From NCBI GenBank assembly GCA_030265305.1, contig JASAOG010000080.1, forward strand, positions 1,874,630 to 1,938,629: a stretch of DNA of 64,000 nucleotides. The letters are read 5' to 3'. Shown one piece after another: positions 1-11,362 of this stretch. The translations under genes and the position numbers were made by a program. The stretch comes from Biomphalaria pfeifferi (lineage: Eukaryota). The notes beneath the pieces are model-generated. The model was not told the origin of the DNA, ran no database searches, and worked only from the letters and a program-made list of their open reading frames with translations. Within the stretch, counting starts at the first letter, position 1, and the number at the start of each line of letters is the position of its first letter.

Positions 1-1431
1 CTCGGCTGACCGTTGTAACTCGTCATGGTTGACCACTCTTCTAGCGCTGGCCTGGGGCGATTTGCGTCGGCTGACTACACACACACCACTACCCCTCTCT
101 GTGCCACCACCAGGTTTATAACAATATCCTACCCACTGCCAACCCCCATCAACCTGCGGAAGGTTTGGGCTAGGATGTAAGTTATCTTCAACTCTTTAGG
201 AACATCTGAAACATGTAAAGCAATTTTGTGTTTCATGTATTTCATGACATCCTATTTTTATTGTTACAAAACAATTGGGCTACTACAGAAATCTTTGGAT
301 GACAAAAAGATCAAGATCCTAGAAAGAAACACACCAAACTTTTTATTTTCAAATTCTTTTACTAAAAGTTTTAGTTAGGGAAAGGAAAGGGGGTTGACTA
401 CACAAGGAAATTACACATAAAAAATAAAATGCTTAAAAGCTGAAGTATAATCTTGTACTTTTCAATATTGTAACATATGTTGGCTTAAAAAACAACAACA
501 TGTTGAGTCAATATTGCGAATAAAAAAATTGATTTTGGTACATTTTATTGCTGATGCTGTGGTTTCGACCATGAAAATATCTTAGTTGTCCTAGAGATGC
601 TAGATTAAGGTAAGAGGTAAAGGTTACATTTTCCTATTTTTGTCAAGAGCAAGTGGTAGAATTAGTGATGAGTGATAAATCAATCAGGGCCCTAATATAT
701 AAATATATAATATATATATATTGGCCTCCTTCAGTCATAGAACGACCATGGTTTATCTCAAACACTTTTTCCTATGGCTGTGGAGCCTTATTTGGAGAGA
801 CTTTCCCGTCCACATATATAGCAAGTCAATTTGTTTTTCACTTTTGGTGGTAGAGGAGCAGGCCATTTTTTAATATATAATAGATCTTATGACCTAGATA
901 TCGGTATAGATAGATCTAAGAAAATTGTAAACATAATTAAAAATTATACTTGATTATCAAGCTAGGCTATATCATTGGATTATGATAAGATTTTTATTGA
1001 ATTAATTGAATCGATGATTGATTATGAAGGCCGTGTTATACTTGATACTAGACTAATCTCTCTAGTGACTCTAGATTCCCCTAGCGGGCCCTAGCCCGCT
1101 AGGGCTAGGCTAGAATGACTTAGGGCTTAGATCTAGATAGATGAAGATTAGTTCAGTGAGTGAGTTTAGATCTTTAACTTAGTTATGTTATAAAAATATA
1201 AATATATACTTTATTATATAGTAACAATATAGTTATATACTAATATAGTAGTATTCTTAGTAGATCTTCTACTAGTTCTAGATTCTACTACTAGTACAGT
1301 TACTATAGTAGTAAGTTACTAAGTAACTAGACTCTTATCTACATATTCATTTCATTATCATATTCTACATTTAGAATAGTCTTAGACGTCTTAGTGACTT
1401 AGTACTCTTACTGAGTTACTGATTTTTTTTT

Positions 1432-3989
1432 GGCAAGATCCTGTTTCAGTTCATTTATTTACCGTTGCTATCACGGCAACAGGCGGCCACTTTTTGCCAG
1501 ATGGACTTCGTTACTGATGCAAAAATAAAACAAAAAATAAAATTGAGGAAGTTTTTTTTGCTGCCAACTAAAAAATATAATTTTGATAAATAAATATAGA
1601 TGGGTTAGTAAGTGTAGACCTATTTTATTTCATCAGAACATATATTTTCATTTTAATATATCGAGAATCTATAGCATTTCTATACATTTGTATGTGTTTT
1701 GTAGCTCAAGTTTGTTAATAATAAAATGTTTATGTTCTGTCTTTCTCTGGCAATTATTTAATAAACTTTAAAAAAATCATCTCATGTTTCTTTTTTCCAA
1801 TTTGCTAATGGTTCAATTAATATTGCGTGTGTGTGTGTCACCGATGATTTTCCCTATTATCCTATACGTGGACTTTTTTGTTTACATTTTTTTACAATTA
1901 ATACGGGTATTTGAAAATAAAATATTTTAAAATTTTACTTACCGATTATCCATTAGCCTATCGTGATTAATGCCGGCCCCCCTACTTTCTCATTCTGGAC
2001 TTGGGACCTGAGATGAACTCCAATTGGTGACAAGGCAGGGAGACCTAGGTCTCCCGTAGTGCCCTCGTAAGGAACTCTGCTGTTTGGCGTAGTGCCTCAT
2101 AGCTTCCATACAAACATAGTGAACCACTGTATACGTCTTACCGCAGCTCGCTGAGCTGCGAACACTCTTGCAAGACGTGAGCCACCGTCTCTTCTGATTC
2201 CCCGCAGTGTCGGCAACAGGCATCAAAATTTGGCTGGAACCGGGCGAAGTACGCACCTATGGGGCAGTGTCCCGTACACCACTGCGCTATTGTTGTTTGT
2301 TCCGACCTTTTTAGCCTCCACCACAAGTCCTCTCGATTTGGGCGACGCATGTGCTGCCAGAATCCCCTGGCAGTGTTGGAATCATCCCAGGATTTCAACC
2401 ATTTTTCATGTACCCACTCTCGTATAACTGTGGTAGCCTATTGGAAGGTACTTGGTGACTCGAAAGTGGGCACGGCCAGCGCTCCTTCTCGTGCTAGAGC
2501 ATCAGCCACGGCATTGCCCCTCACGCCGCAGTGCAAGGGCACCCACTGCATAAAGATGACAGCTCCAATAAATAGGCGGATGTTATTTGCGGCGGCTAAT
2601 GCCTCTTCCACCAATTTGGACTTTCCCCCTAAGCCAGCCATGGCTTGGAGGCAGGACTGGGAATCGGTAACTATTACAACAGTTGTCGCAACGGTTATCT
2701 TTTCGTGCAGTTTTTGGAGCAGGTAATTGAGTGTATTGGTTAATTCGTTAATTCTGCATCAAAGCTACATGTGGCGAGGCTTGTCTAGTTCGTGTTCTGG
2801 GTAACAGATATAGGCCCCATACCCAGCTCTTACGGAGTCCTTCATGACCGACCCGTCTGTGTAACAGTAGATGGAATCGGCCGGGTAGGTCTTTAGTGTG
2901 TCCAATGCCATTTTTCCGAGTAAATCCGGGTGTGTGTGTCGTTTTGAGGCCCCCTCCAACCCGTGTATAGTGAAATTTATGGGAGGGATGTGCTGTCTCC
3001 TCCAGGGCGGGCACGTGCTTATCCGTCGGATTGGGACCCGGTCAGTGGAGAGGCCAGCTTGAGCACTCAAATTTGACGCGCGGTGCATAAATGATGTCCA
3101 TTTTATCCTGTTTTTTACTCTCCACTGAGTGACTAATGTATGGGTCGGGAGCCCTGGTTCGCCCCTTTGGTAGCGTTCCAGGGCCGTTAGCACGGCGCGC
3201 TCTCTCCTCAGGCTGAGAGGAGCCACGTTGGACACGATTTCTGCAGCGGAAGTTGGGCTCATTCTATAGGTAGCCGCAAATGAATCTGAGAGCCTGGGCC
3301 TGTACACGGTCACCCACCTCTTTCAGCCCCATCTTCTCCCCCCCCCGCCGGCCCGCTCCCGCAGTTTCACCCATTTCAGCTTCAGTGACTCTAGTCTAGA
3401 GGCTAGATTACAGACAGTCATTGTACCTGGTATATATCTATCAAAGTTAATAAATATTTATGACATTCTTTTCTATAAGGACATAAGCTGTGTATAGCGT
3501 GTTCTAGATACTATGCAACAAGCCACGTAAAACACAACAATTATTTCAACTTTGTTAAAAAATATTACAAGTTGTCAGCACCTTAAATCGTTATCTAAAC
3601 ATTTAAAATGTATCATATTCATCTATACAATAATCCCATCATATCTATTTAAATTCAATTTTTATAGCATAAAAAATCGGTACCTAGATTTACGCTTTTT
3701 CGTGTTATTACTGTCATTCTAATTTAAGAATATTAATGTATACCCCCCCCCCCCCTTTTTTTAATACTTCAAACAATATAGCATATATTCCTATTAATTC
3801 TATTTGTTTTATTTTCTCTCTCTTCCTAACATGTTTTAGCTCACTGTATTAAAAATCAACTAGGTTATCCCCCCTTAGAAATATTTCTTTTAGTCTTGAT
3901 CCAACAGCTAGACAACGCAATAAAAATCTGGCCTGCACCAATATGGCTGCCTAGAGATGTAAATAAATGAACTGAAACAGGATCTTGCC
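1432..3989. mobile_element. Non-autonomous TIR DNA-transposon-like element (2558 bp), hAT-like by TSD length. It has 31-bp perfect terminal inverted repeats (GGCAAGATCCTGTTTCAGTTCATTTATTTAC / its reverse complement) and a flanking 8-bp T-run as putative TSD
   Basis: 1432-1462 and 3959-3989 are exact reverse complements. Both outer flanks are T8-9 runs on the same strand, consistent with a direct duplication of TTTTTTTT. The inner approximately 80 bp on each side is also related but diverged. The interior encodes no transposase; instead it carries a GC-rich LINE fragment. Confidence 0.55.
1976..3390 (-). mobile_element. 5'-truncated non-LTR retrotransposon fragment (I/R1/LOA-like ORF2 C-terminus: RNase H domain plus CCHC-type Cys motif), GC-rich, decayed
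   Basis: The minus-strand ORFs carry YTDGS...AGYG (the RNase H DxG block), QWVPLHCGVRGNAVADALAREGA, and ...TGHCPIGAYFARFQ...CCRHCGESEETVAHVLQEC (a post-RNH Cys-His motif). Frameshifts between the ORFs show it is a pseudo-copy. The plus-strand 155-aa ORF at 2259-2726 is an antisense shadow. Confidence 0.7.
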
Positions 3990-4567
3990 TTTTTTTTACT
4001 CTTAGGAGTTAGGTCGAGTTGTGTCTAGAATCTAGAAATAACCAACCTGCTTTATATGGTGCTTATAATAGGGTTGTGCGTCAGGTGGAAGTTTTTTAAC
4101 GACTCGAAGTAAATATTTATAGAGTTGTAGGGGAGTTTTGGTGGTCATACTAAGACACTGGCACCGTCTTCGATTTGTAAATCTGCACATGTATGTAAAT
4201 TATTAAAATCTTATGACTTAAAAGTATAGAAAAATGCATCTGTTTATTAAAAGGTAATTTAGAGTGGTTTCCCAAATTGAGAGCTAGGCATGACACAAGT
4301 TTCCCCAAACTATAACTATACTCAGTATACTGGTAAAACTAGAGCTGTATTTTTTATGTTTAAATTTTATTTATATATACTATTGTGTTTAAAAAAAAGT
4401 ATTTAAGGCAAATAAAATATAAATACGAAAATGAGGCTGCATAAAAAAGTAGGGACGCTATAGGTAAAATAAAAAATGGCGACGTAAACAAAAGCACGTT
4501 ACTATTTTTTTTTCATGTAAAATTAATAGAGGTATTTAACATTGTTTTAATAAAATCATCACCTACC

Positions 4568-5240
4568 ATGGCCCTAGACCAGACAACCAAGCTACTTCTA
4601 GAAAAAGAAATGCTTCCATTTCTGACGCCATCCGCGCGACCCGACGTTAAATCAATTGCTGTTCGATATTTTTTGGAAATGACGGGTTCGAAAGAAGGAC
4701 GAGACTTCATTGCAGAAGGAAACACATTTATCCCAGCCATAATTTCACTAACTACAGACACTCAGCTGGATGCTGCTAAGGACGCTTTTCTCACACTTAT
4801 CAATCTGTCTTCAGAAGATACAATATCCTGGAAACTTATGCACAATGATGCTACATCCACATTTATAATGGACTTGCTACAAAAAATTCTACAACCTGAC
4901 TTTAAATTTGCTGATGAGGCTTGTAGTATTGTTTCCAATGTCACTAGAATACCATCTTGTGCTAAACATTTAGCAGAGCAGGTGCTTGCAGATAATTCAA
5001 AAGTTACTATTGAAAAGATAGTATCTGTTTTGTGTCAAATAAATTATAACAAACATGCAGCACTCCATTATTTGGGACTTATTTTGTCAAATCTAACTCA
5101 AGTTTCAGAAATACGTAAAATAATAATGGACAAAGAAAAAAGAATAATACAAAAGCTATTACCTTTTACAGAGTATGCTGATTCTTTGACACGTAGAGGT
5201 GGCATCTTAGGAACTTTAAAAAACTGCTGCTTTGAATATG
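4568..5240 (+). CDS. HGH1: HGH1 (FAM203/brain protein 16) homolog, coding exon 1 (ATG at 4568; donor GT at 5241)
   Basis: A 228-aa ORF aligns by eye to human HGH1: KLLPFL..AR.D....AVR..L..TG and RRGG..GTL.NCCFE. The exon ends ...CCFEY|gtaggc in phase 1, which joins exon 2 to give the conserved continuation D-YHQWLL. Confidence 0.88.
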
Positions 5241-5822
5241 GTAGGCTATTTTAAGTTAAAATTTGCATTTATTATTATATAATATATATTCTTAAATATC
5301 TGTGGATACATAAACATACATGTTACTACTTTAGACAACTTTTGAATTAATTGTAATATGTAAGAAAAATTTGTTTTAATATTATATTTATTTATTGTCA
5401 TGGAAGCTTAGTCTTGGTGGTTTTCATATCTCTGGAACTCTGCTCTGAGGGAAATCCTTTAAGGTGATTTATATCTTGTTTGCCTATTATAATCCTTTTC
5501 CAGAGTCCAATTTTAACAAGTCTGCAGCAGTCAGTTGTGTTTTTATCACTCTTTACACCAAGAATGTTCTAACTGTATAAATTGTAGATTATTGTCTTGT
5601 TATTTGTGCCATATTTCCTGTCTGATAGATGGCTCTAACTTTCTGACATTCAATTCTCATTCCATATATTTTATAAACACCTACCACGCTGGAAAAGGAA
5701 ATGCTACCATTTTTGTCAAAATTTGAATGGAGATTACTGGAATTTTTGTGTCTTCTGGCACCATTAGAAATGTATTTAGATCTTGACAAAATGTTTTTTA
5801 AGAGGATAATATTTTATTGCAG

Positions 5823-6013
5823 ATTATCACCAATGGCTTCTTAGTGAAGACGTTGACTTACTGACAAGACTGCTACTGCCTCTAGCTGGAGGAGAGGAAC
5901 TAGATGAAGATGACATGGACAAGCTGCCAATTGATCTTCAATATCTTCCACCAGACAAAAAAAGGGAGTCGGACCCTGACCTCAGGACTATGTTGATTGA
6001 GTCTATAATGCAG
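5823..6013 (+). CDS. HGH1: HGH1 homolog, coding exon 2
   Basis: The acceptor is ttttattgcag|ATTATCACC and the donor is ATGCAG|gtaaat. The translation (D)YHQWLLSEDVDLLTRLLLPLAGGEELDEDDMDKLPIDLQYLPPDKKRESDPDLRTMLIESIMQ matches the human HGH1 segment EWLLGPEVDILPFLLLPLAGPE..LPVDLQYLPPDKQREPDADIRKMLVEAIM. Confidence 0.88.
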
Positions 6014-6931
6014 GTAAATATTTTCACATAAGTAATAGGGTTATACACGTTGCTAGATAGGCCAAAGATAGTGACTGGTTAAACTAAAATGCAAACAGAG
6101 CAGTATAGAAATGGATGACCTTCTATTTAAATTTTTTTAAGATATCAGTCACATATTCTATAAATGGGCAAAGGCCATTTCTTAAGTTGTTTGATACTGA
6201 GCTTTTAAATAAATACAATGGTTTTGTTTCCTGAAAACTTTGTGTTTTGTTTTTAGCAATTGTGTAGTTCATTCCAGCTATTTGGGCTGAACAGAGGTAA
6301 CTATGTGATGAAATAGAATGGTGGAGTACATATAGTTAAAGAGAGCACTTTCCTTTGCATTATCAATTAGTATTATTGCTTTGACTCTTAAAAAGAATTG
6401 TAAGAGTACATTGTATTATTTTATTCCTTTAATACAATTTAAAATTATCATGGTTAAAAAAATGAGCCTAACTATTCAGTAGTTATAGTAAGTGACTTAG
6501 AATTAAACTTAGAAACAATAACATAAATAAAAAATAACATATCACTAGAATCGTTTAGGATAGCTTTAATATTGAAACATAGACTAACAACCATGCAATA
6601 TTAACCATCTTGCCTAAACTTAGCAAACTGAACTGTAGTATCCTTGAACTTTTTCATGTGCTCATCAACATGTTTGACGACAAATTCTTTCCATATAATT
6701 CATGTATCGGCTATGCTGACCATTTATACAACAAAATTTATTTACATTTTGCACGTAAACCACTAATGCCTAACTTATTACAGCATTAAAGAGAAAAAAA
6801 ATGCTATTATGTATTTCAAACATATTCTTTGTATTTTTTTTTTTTTTTACATCAACAGCTTTAAAAACAACAAATTATGAAAAATAATGAAAGCATCAAT
6901 TCTATTAAAAATCTTTTTTTATTCTGTTTAG

Positions 6932-7225
6932 CTTTGTTCCACCAAATGTGGACGCTTGTTTATCAAAGAAAAAAATGCCTATGTCATACTAAGAGAACTT
7001 CACAAATGGGAGAAAGACCCAAAAGCTAAACTGGCATGTCAAAATCTGTGTGAACTCCTCATATCTGATGAGCCAGAGCAAGGCATGGAGGATTTACACC
7101 AAGTGGAGGTTCCAGCTCATTTACAGCAGAAGTTTAATGAACTTGACTTAGCATTACTGAAGACATTTGAAGAAGAGGACAAAGCTAAGGATAATTCAAA
7201 TGATTGTCAACAAAGCTTAAAATAA
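6932..7225 (+). CDS. HGH1: HGH1 homolog, terminal coding exon (stop TAA 7223-7225)
   Basis: The acceptor is tattctgtttag|CTTTGTTCC. The translation LCSTKCGRLFIKEKNAYVILRELHKWEKDPKAKLACQNLCELLISDEPEQGMEDLHQVEVPAHLQQ... matches the human HGH1 C-terminus (GAYLILRELHSWEPEPDVRTACEKLIQVLIGDEPERGMENLLEVQVP). An AATAAA overlaps the stop. Confidence 0.88.
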   Translation, partial: LCSTKCGRLFIKEKNAYVILRELHKWEKDPKAKLACQNLCELLISDEPEQGMEDLHQVEVPAHLQQKFNELDLALLKTFEEEDKAKDNSNDCQQSLK

Positions 7226-8345
7226 AAGAATATTTATCATCTAGCACCTTTTTTCTTTGTTACAGATCTGTTGACCATTTGTTGTTTTTTTTTTTGTACT
7301 TTTTTTTTTCAAAAATGTATTTTTAAAAGACATTAAATTCTTTGACTCATCTTTTCATAATGAGTAACAATACACATCACAAATTAATTTACTAACACAA
7401 CAATACTGTTAACTACTCTTTAATATTTACAACTATGAATGACTCTTTTCGTTGCACTACTTCTTAAAGTGACATATCATATACTGTGTAGAACTCATAC
7501 TTTTCATCAATGTAGTAGGCTTGACCTGGTAGTTCTTGTTGATTTAGCAGCATACATACAGCCAGTTGATGCAAACTCTGGGAGTGGTAGCTTTTGGGTT
7601 AGTTGTGGGTATTATACTATTTATAGAGTAACAAAAAGTATGTATTAAAAAACAAATATGAGTAATAATTTAGCAGGATGACTGAACAACTATAACACCA
7701 TTACAAGATTGTCATTACAGCACTGCATAAATTTACTTTCTTTCTACCACATACAGTAACTTAAAAGACACAGCAAAGATAAATGACCCCCAATAAACAA
7801 ACAGGTTAGGCATACGGATCATGTTCTACATAAGAACAAAGACTTCATAACTTGTATTAACCTGGAAACAAAAAAAATGCAAAAGTCTCTTTTAAAGATA
7901 ACTGTGAAAAATTTGGAAGAAAGACATCTTTTTTACAATTGATATATCTACAAGGGAGATGCTGAGAAGATATCAACAAAGACTGCTGGCCGTTCAATAT
8001 GACAAAATTTGGAAATTAGATGTTAAGTATTTATGTCATACTGGTTATAGTTTTACATAAATTTTCACAATTAAACTAATGCAAAAAAGAATAATCTTTG
8101 TTAACATATTCTTGAAATTGTGAGAAAGAATATAAATGCAAAATAAAGATATATATATTAAAAAAAAAAAAGATTAAGTTCATAGTAATTTTTTTTTTTT
8201 TTTACATTTCAGTTGACTTTACTTAACAGCTAAAAAATCAAAACATAGTTCACCTGTAAACTATCCTACATACAAATTTATTACAAAAGTTATTTGAATA
8301 AAAAAAACAAGTATATATACACAATTTACATGCAACAAATATATT

Positions 8346-8396
8346 TCATGTTGTTACATCTGTACCATTTGCTGCTGTTGGTTCTGGGCTATGCTT
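8346..8396 (-). CDS. MED19: MED19 homolog, terminal coding exon (…KHSPEPTAANGTDVTT*, stop TGA at 8346-8348)
   Basis: Minus-strand acceptor tttcatttacag|AAGCATAGCCCAGAA. HSPEP aligns to the human MED19 C-terminal HSPDHPG that follows the poly-K stretch. The phase is consistent with the preceding exon. TTTATT on the plus strand at about 8277 gives an AATAAA on the minus strand about 65 nt past the stop. Confidence 0.75.
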   Translation of the reverse strand, partial: KHSPEPTAANGTDVTT

Positions 8397-8733
8397 CTGT
8401 AAATGAAAATAAAACATACCAAAGCAACTTAATATTAATATATTTTTTTTTTTACAAAATCTTATTGTTCTGATATTAGAATATAAGGTTAAATTGTTTG
8501 AACTGAACAATTATAAACCTAGAAAATTACAAGTAAACAATGAATTGAGAAAAAAGAAACTGAAATAATGGTAAAGGATTGAAATTAACTATATGAGTGT
8601 CTCTGGTACATTTTTGCAGGGTTTGTTTGTTTATGTGTCCAGTGCAGACACAATGGAAAGACCTATGTGAGCGTAATGAACTTTGTAATTATATTTACAC
8701 TTGTGAAAAGAAGATAAACTTGTCTAAAAATAC

Positions 8734-8887
8734 CTTCTTTTTTTTCTTGTCTTTCTTTCTCTTTTTCTTTGAATCTTTTTGGTCATCTTCTTTTTTTGGT
8801 CTTTTGGTTTTCTTAGTCTCTGGCTCACCTGTTGCACTGTCTGCTGTCAAATTAGCATTGGATGCTTCAAAGCCGTAAAATTGTAAT
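8734..8887 (-). CDS. MED19: MED19 homolog, lysine-rich penultimate exon
   Basis: Minus-strand translation (R)LQFYGFEASNANLTADSATGEPETKKTKRPKKEDDQKDSKKKRKKDKKKKK, with donor AAGAAG|gtattt. It corresponds to the human MED19 basic tail (KKKNKHKHK...DHKKKKKKKEEDPDRKRKKKEKKKKKN). The exon is 154 nt and enters in phase 2. Confidence 0.72.
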
Positions 8888-9138
8888 CTTCCAATTTATA
8901 AATAGTAACTATGACTTTGACCTACGTAAACATAATTGTACTTGCAAGATTTCTATTATTCTATGTTACGTGTTATACATGATGCTATCTAAACAAAAAA
9001 TGGGACAGCCTACAAACAAATTTGTTACATTAGTTGTTTTTTTTAAACATAACACTTGAGCATAGTAAGACAGATTCAATGGTATTATTTTTTTTTTTTT
9101 AAATTAAAAAAAAAAAAATTCAAACAAAAAATTACTTA

Positions 9139-9245
9139 CTCTGAGATAACTGTAAAGTGCTTCCTTTTTCTGAATCTTTAATTTTCTTTTTGTGCCTTTT
9201 CTTCTTTTGTGTCATTTGATTCATAAGTTGATACTGTTCTGGAAG
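9139..9245 (-). CDS. MED19: MED19 homolog, coding exon (LPEQYQLMNQMTQKKKRHKKKIKDSEKGSTLQLSQ)
   Basis: Acceptor caatatag|CTTCCAGAACAG and strong donor CAGAG|gtaagt. LPEQYQLM matches the human MED19 motif GPLPEQCRLMH. Confidence 0.8.
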
Positions 9246-9586
9246 CTATATTGTAAGTAATATTTAAATACATAAGTTTTTCATATTTCAGAAATGCTGA
9301 TAAATAACAGGTGGAATCACAAATTAATGCCAGTTACCCGGCTTACTCATGTCTAATTTTTAACACTCAATAGAATTTTAAGCATTTTTGGGAAAAAAAA
9401 ATTAAACAGCTGTCAACATAGTAATATTACTTTGACAGAATTTTTTTCCTCTATTAAGTTTCAGTTTTCAATTTTTTTTTTACCATTCTTGTTTTTCTCA
9501 GGGAGTTTTTAAATTTAAAATAAAATTTAAAATTCTAAAAACAACTTGATATATATTTTATGTCATATTAAAAAACAACAACTTAC

Positions 9587-9677
9587 AGGACCAGGATGTA
9601 ATCTAAATCCTGACAGTGCTGAGCCTGAGAGTTGAGTCAACTCTTTTCCAGTGATTGGTGTTTTTTCTATAAGTGAT
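9587..9677 (-). CDS. MED19: MED19 homolog, coding exon (SLIEKTPITGKELTQLSGSALSGFRLHPGP)
   Basis: Acceptor ctttaag|A and donor GGTCCT|gtaagt. It matches human MED19 SLIEKPPI...GFRLHTGP. The phase (AG+A=R) is consistent with the upstream exon. Confidence 0.82.
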
Positions 9678-10707
9678 CTTAAAGAACTAGTAAAAAGAAT
9701 TTAAAAAATTAATTAGAATTAGAATTAATTACACAATTAAAAAAAAATTATTTTTTTTAATGCAAAATGTACAATAAGCAGATGCTCTTTCCTCCATGAA
9801 AATTCAATACTTGTAACATGGAATGGATTTCCTGAACTTAAAAGAATAAGTATTTATTATTATGGACACAAAATAAAAAAGTAATTTAGCAGCTTTGGTA
9901 AATTTAGAAAATAAAAATATAATATTTACAGTTCTTGTATCTCACAAGCTAGTTGAAACTATAGTTTGTATTATTACACAGCCTGGTACATATATTTAAG
10001 AAAAATGTCTATCTTTTAAGTTCAATAGTTATCACTGGAAAAAAGAATATTTAATAAGTCATTTTAAAGAGCTATAAACAAAATACCAAAAAGTTTACTT
10101 TTAATGGAAAAAACATTGTTAACATTCGCATTATTAAAATGTAGAAGAAAAAAGGGACAAAGCTGAAAGAAATGGCTATGCATATTGGGACCAGTTACAA
10201 AGCACGCTCACTTTGTAGATAAACAATCCTGGTTCCAATGGCCTTATCACCAATCATATTTGGAGGCATAGAAATGCAGTGCTAAGCCATCAGTCCTCTT
10301 AGATAAAAGTAGCTGTCTTCAGTGATCATGATGGACAAACAACAAACATAATGAAGGAGGATAATAGGATGCGAATCCCATTTGTAAAGCCATTTGCATA
10401 CAATATGAAGGAAGAGTCATAAATTTAAATCTTAGTGAAGGTTGGGACTTCTTACTTTGAGATCTTAAGGTAACCCTGAGTTCATCTAGTGCTAATAGTT
10501 ATCTGACATTTGTGGAAAGTAGAGGCTGTAGATGCAATGCAAGCTACATGAGACCTTTATAAAAAATTAGTTATGAACAGAGGTAAGAAACTTTAAACAT
10601 CCAATTGGCGGTTTAGCTATGAATCATGATCACAACAACAAAACATAAAACCTATTTACATTCTTAGTTACAAGTCTTGAAAATTAAAAGTGGTTATTCA
10701 GACAAAC

Positions 10708-10864
10708 CTGTTATCCTGTATTCCGGGTGAGTCTATATTACCAGGAAGATGCGGAAGAAAAGCGCTGAGTTCTTCTTTCACTTTTTTATTTAAAAATCTG
10801 TTGTATGAATGTTCTAAATTGTAGTAGTTCAATAAGTTGGTACTGCCAGTTATTTCTGCTTCAT
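10708..10864 (-). CDS. MED19: MED19 homolog, conserved core exon ((D)EAEITGSTNLLNYYNLEHSYNRFLNKKVKEELSAFLPHLPGNIDSPGIQDN)
   Basis: Acceptor tattgcag|AT and donor AACAG|gtttgt. It aligns near-colinearly with the human MED19 segment TGSTNLITHYNLEQAYNKFCGKKVKEKLSNFLPDLPGMIDLPGSHDN. Confidence 0.85.
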
Positions 10865-11313
10865 CTGCAATATTGAGAAATAATATACTGATACATATAT
10901 AAAACAAAATTTTAGTAAGGAGTAAAGTCTATAGTATAGTAGAATCTATATAATTTACTTTAGATCTAGATCTATAGAGTGCTTTATCCTTACTAGATCT
11001 ATGTGAATTTACTTTTGTGTTAAAAGCAAAAAAATGCATTTGTAAAATTCATATCTTGTGACTATTAAATTATAAAATTTTATAATAATAATAAAAAAAT
11101 AAATAAAAAAATCTTAGAGGTTCTTATATTTTGAACACTCCATCGAATTCTCCTTTCTGAACGGATCGCTTTTTTTTGTTTGTAATTCATTTGTTATTAT
11201 GTTTGGAGCTAAAAACGACGTTTCGTGACTGCGCATGTCCAATTTTAGATAAGTTCCGGTAATTTTCTTCCGTTTTTCCAAAGCAGATGGCAGTTATTTA
11301 GATTCTTGGTAAC

Positions 11314-11362
11314 CATGTATGTAAAGCTGTTGTTTTAACCTCCTCCGGCAATTCATACCCAT
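11314..11362 (-). CDS. MED19: Tentative MED19 first coding exon (MGMNCRRRLKQQLYIH + 1 nt; ATG = revcomp of 11360-11362)
   Basis: An in-frame ATG sits on the minus strand, and a 1-nt overhang (G) joins the next exon in the correct phase to give ...HDEAEITGSTNLL. The donor (gttacc) is weak, and the N-terminal residues are not conserved relative to human MED19. A CpG-containing patch at about 11200-11240 may belong to the promoter or 5'UTR. Treat this exon as a hypothesis. Confidence 0.22.

Noticed and set aside
653-853. 66-aa plus-strand ORF near the window start
   Set aside because: It ends in …GETFPSTYIASQFVFHFWW. The same peptide recurs in antisense inside the LINE-tail region at 39879-40199, which marks it as repeat-derived.
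2259-2726. 155-aa plus-strand ORF in the GC-rich block
   Set aside because: It is the antisense shadow of the minus-strand LINE RNase H fragment. GC-rich sequence keeps both strands open, and there is no independent support.
8597-8878. 93-aa plus-strand ORF with an FFLSFFLFFF low-complexity peptide
   Set aside because: It is the reverse-strand read-through of the lysine-rich MED19 exon, where K-rich AAG and AAA codons give poly-F on the other strand. It is not a gene.
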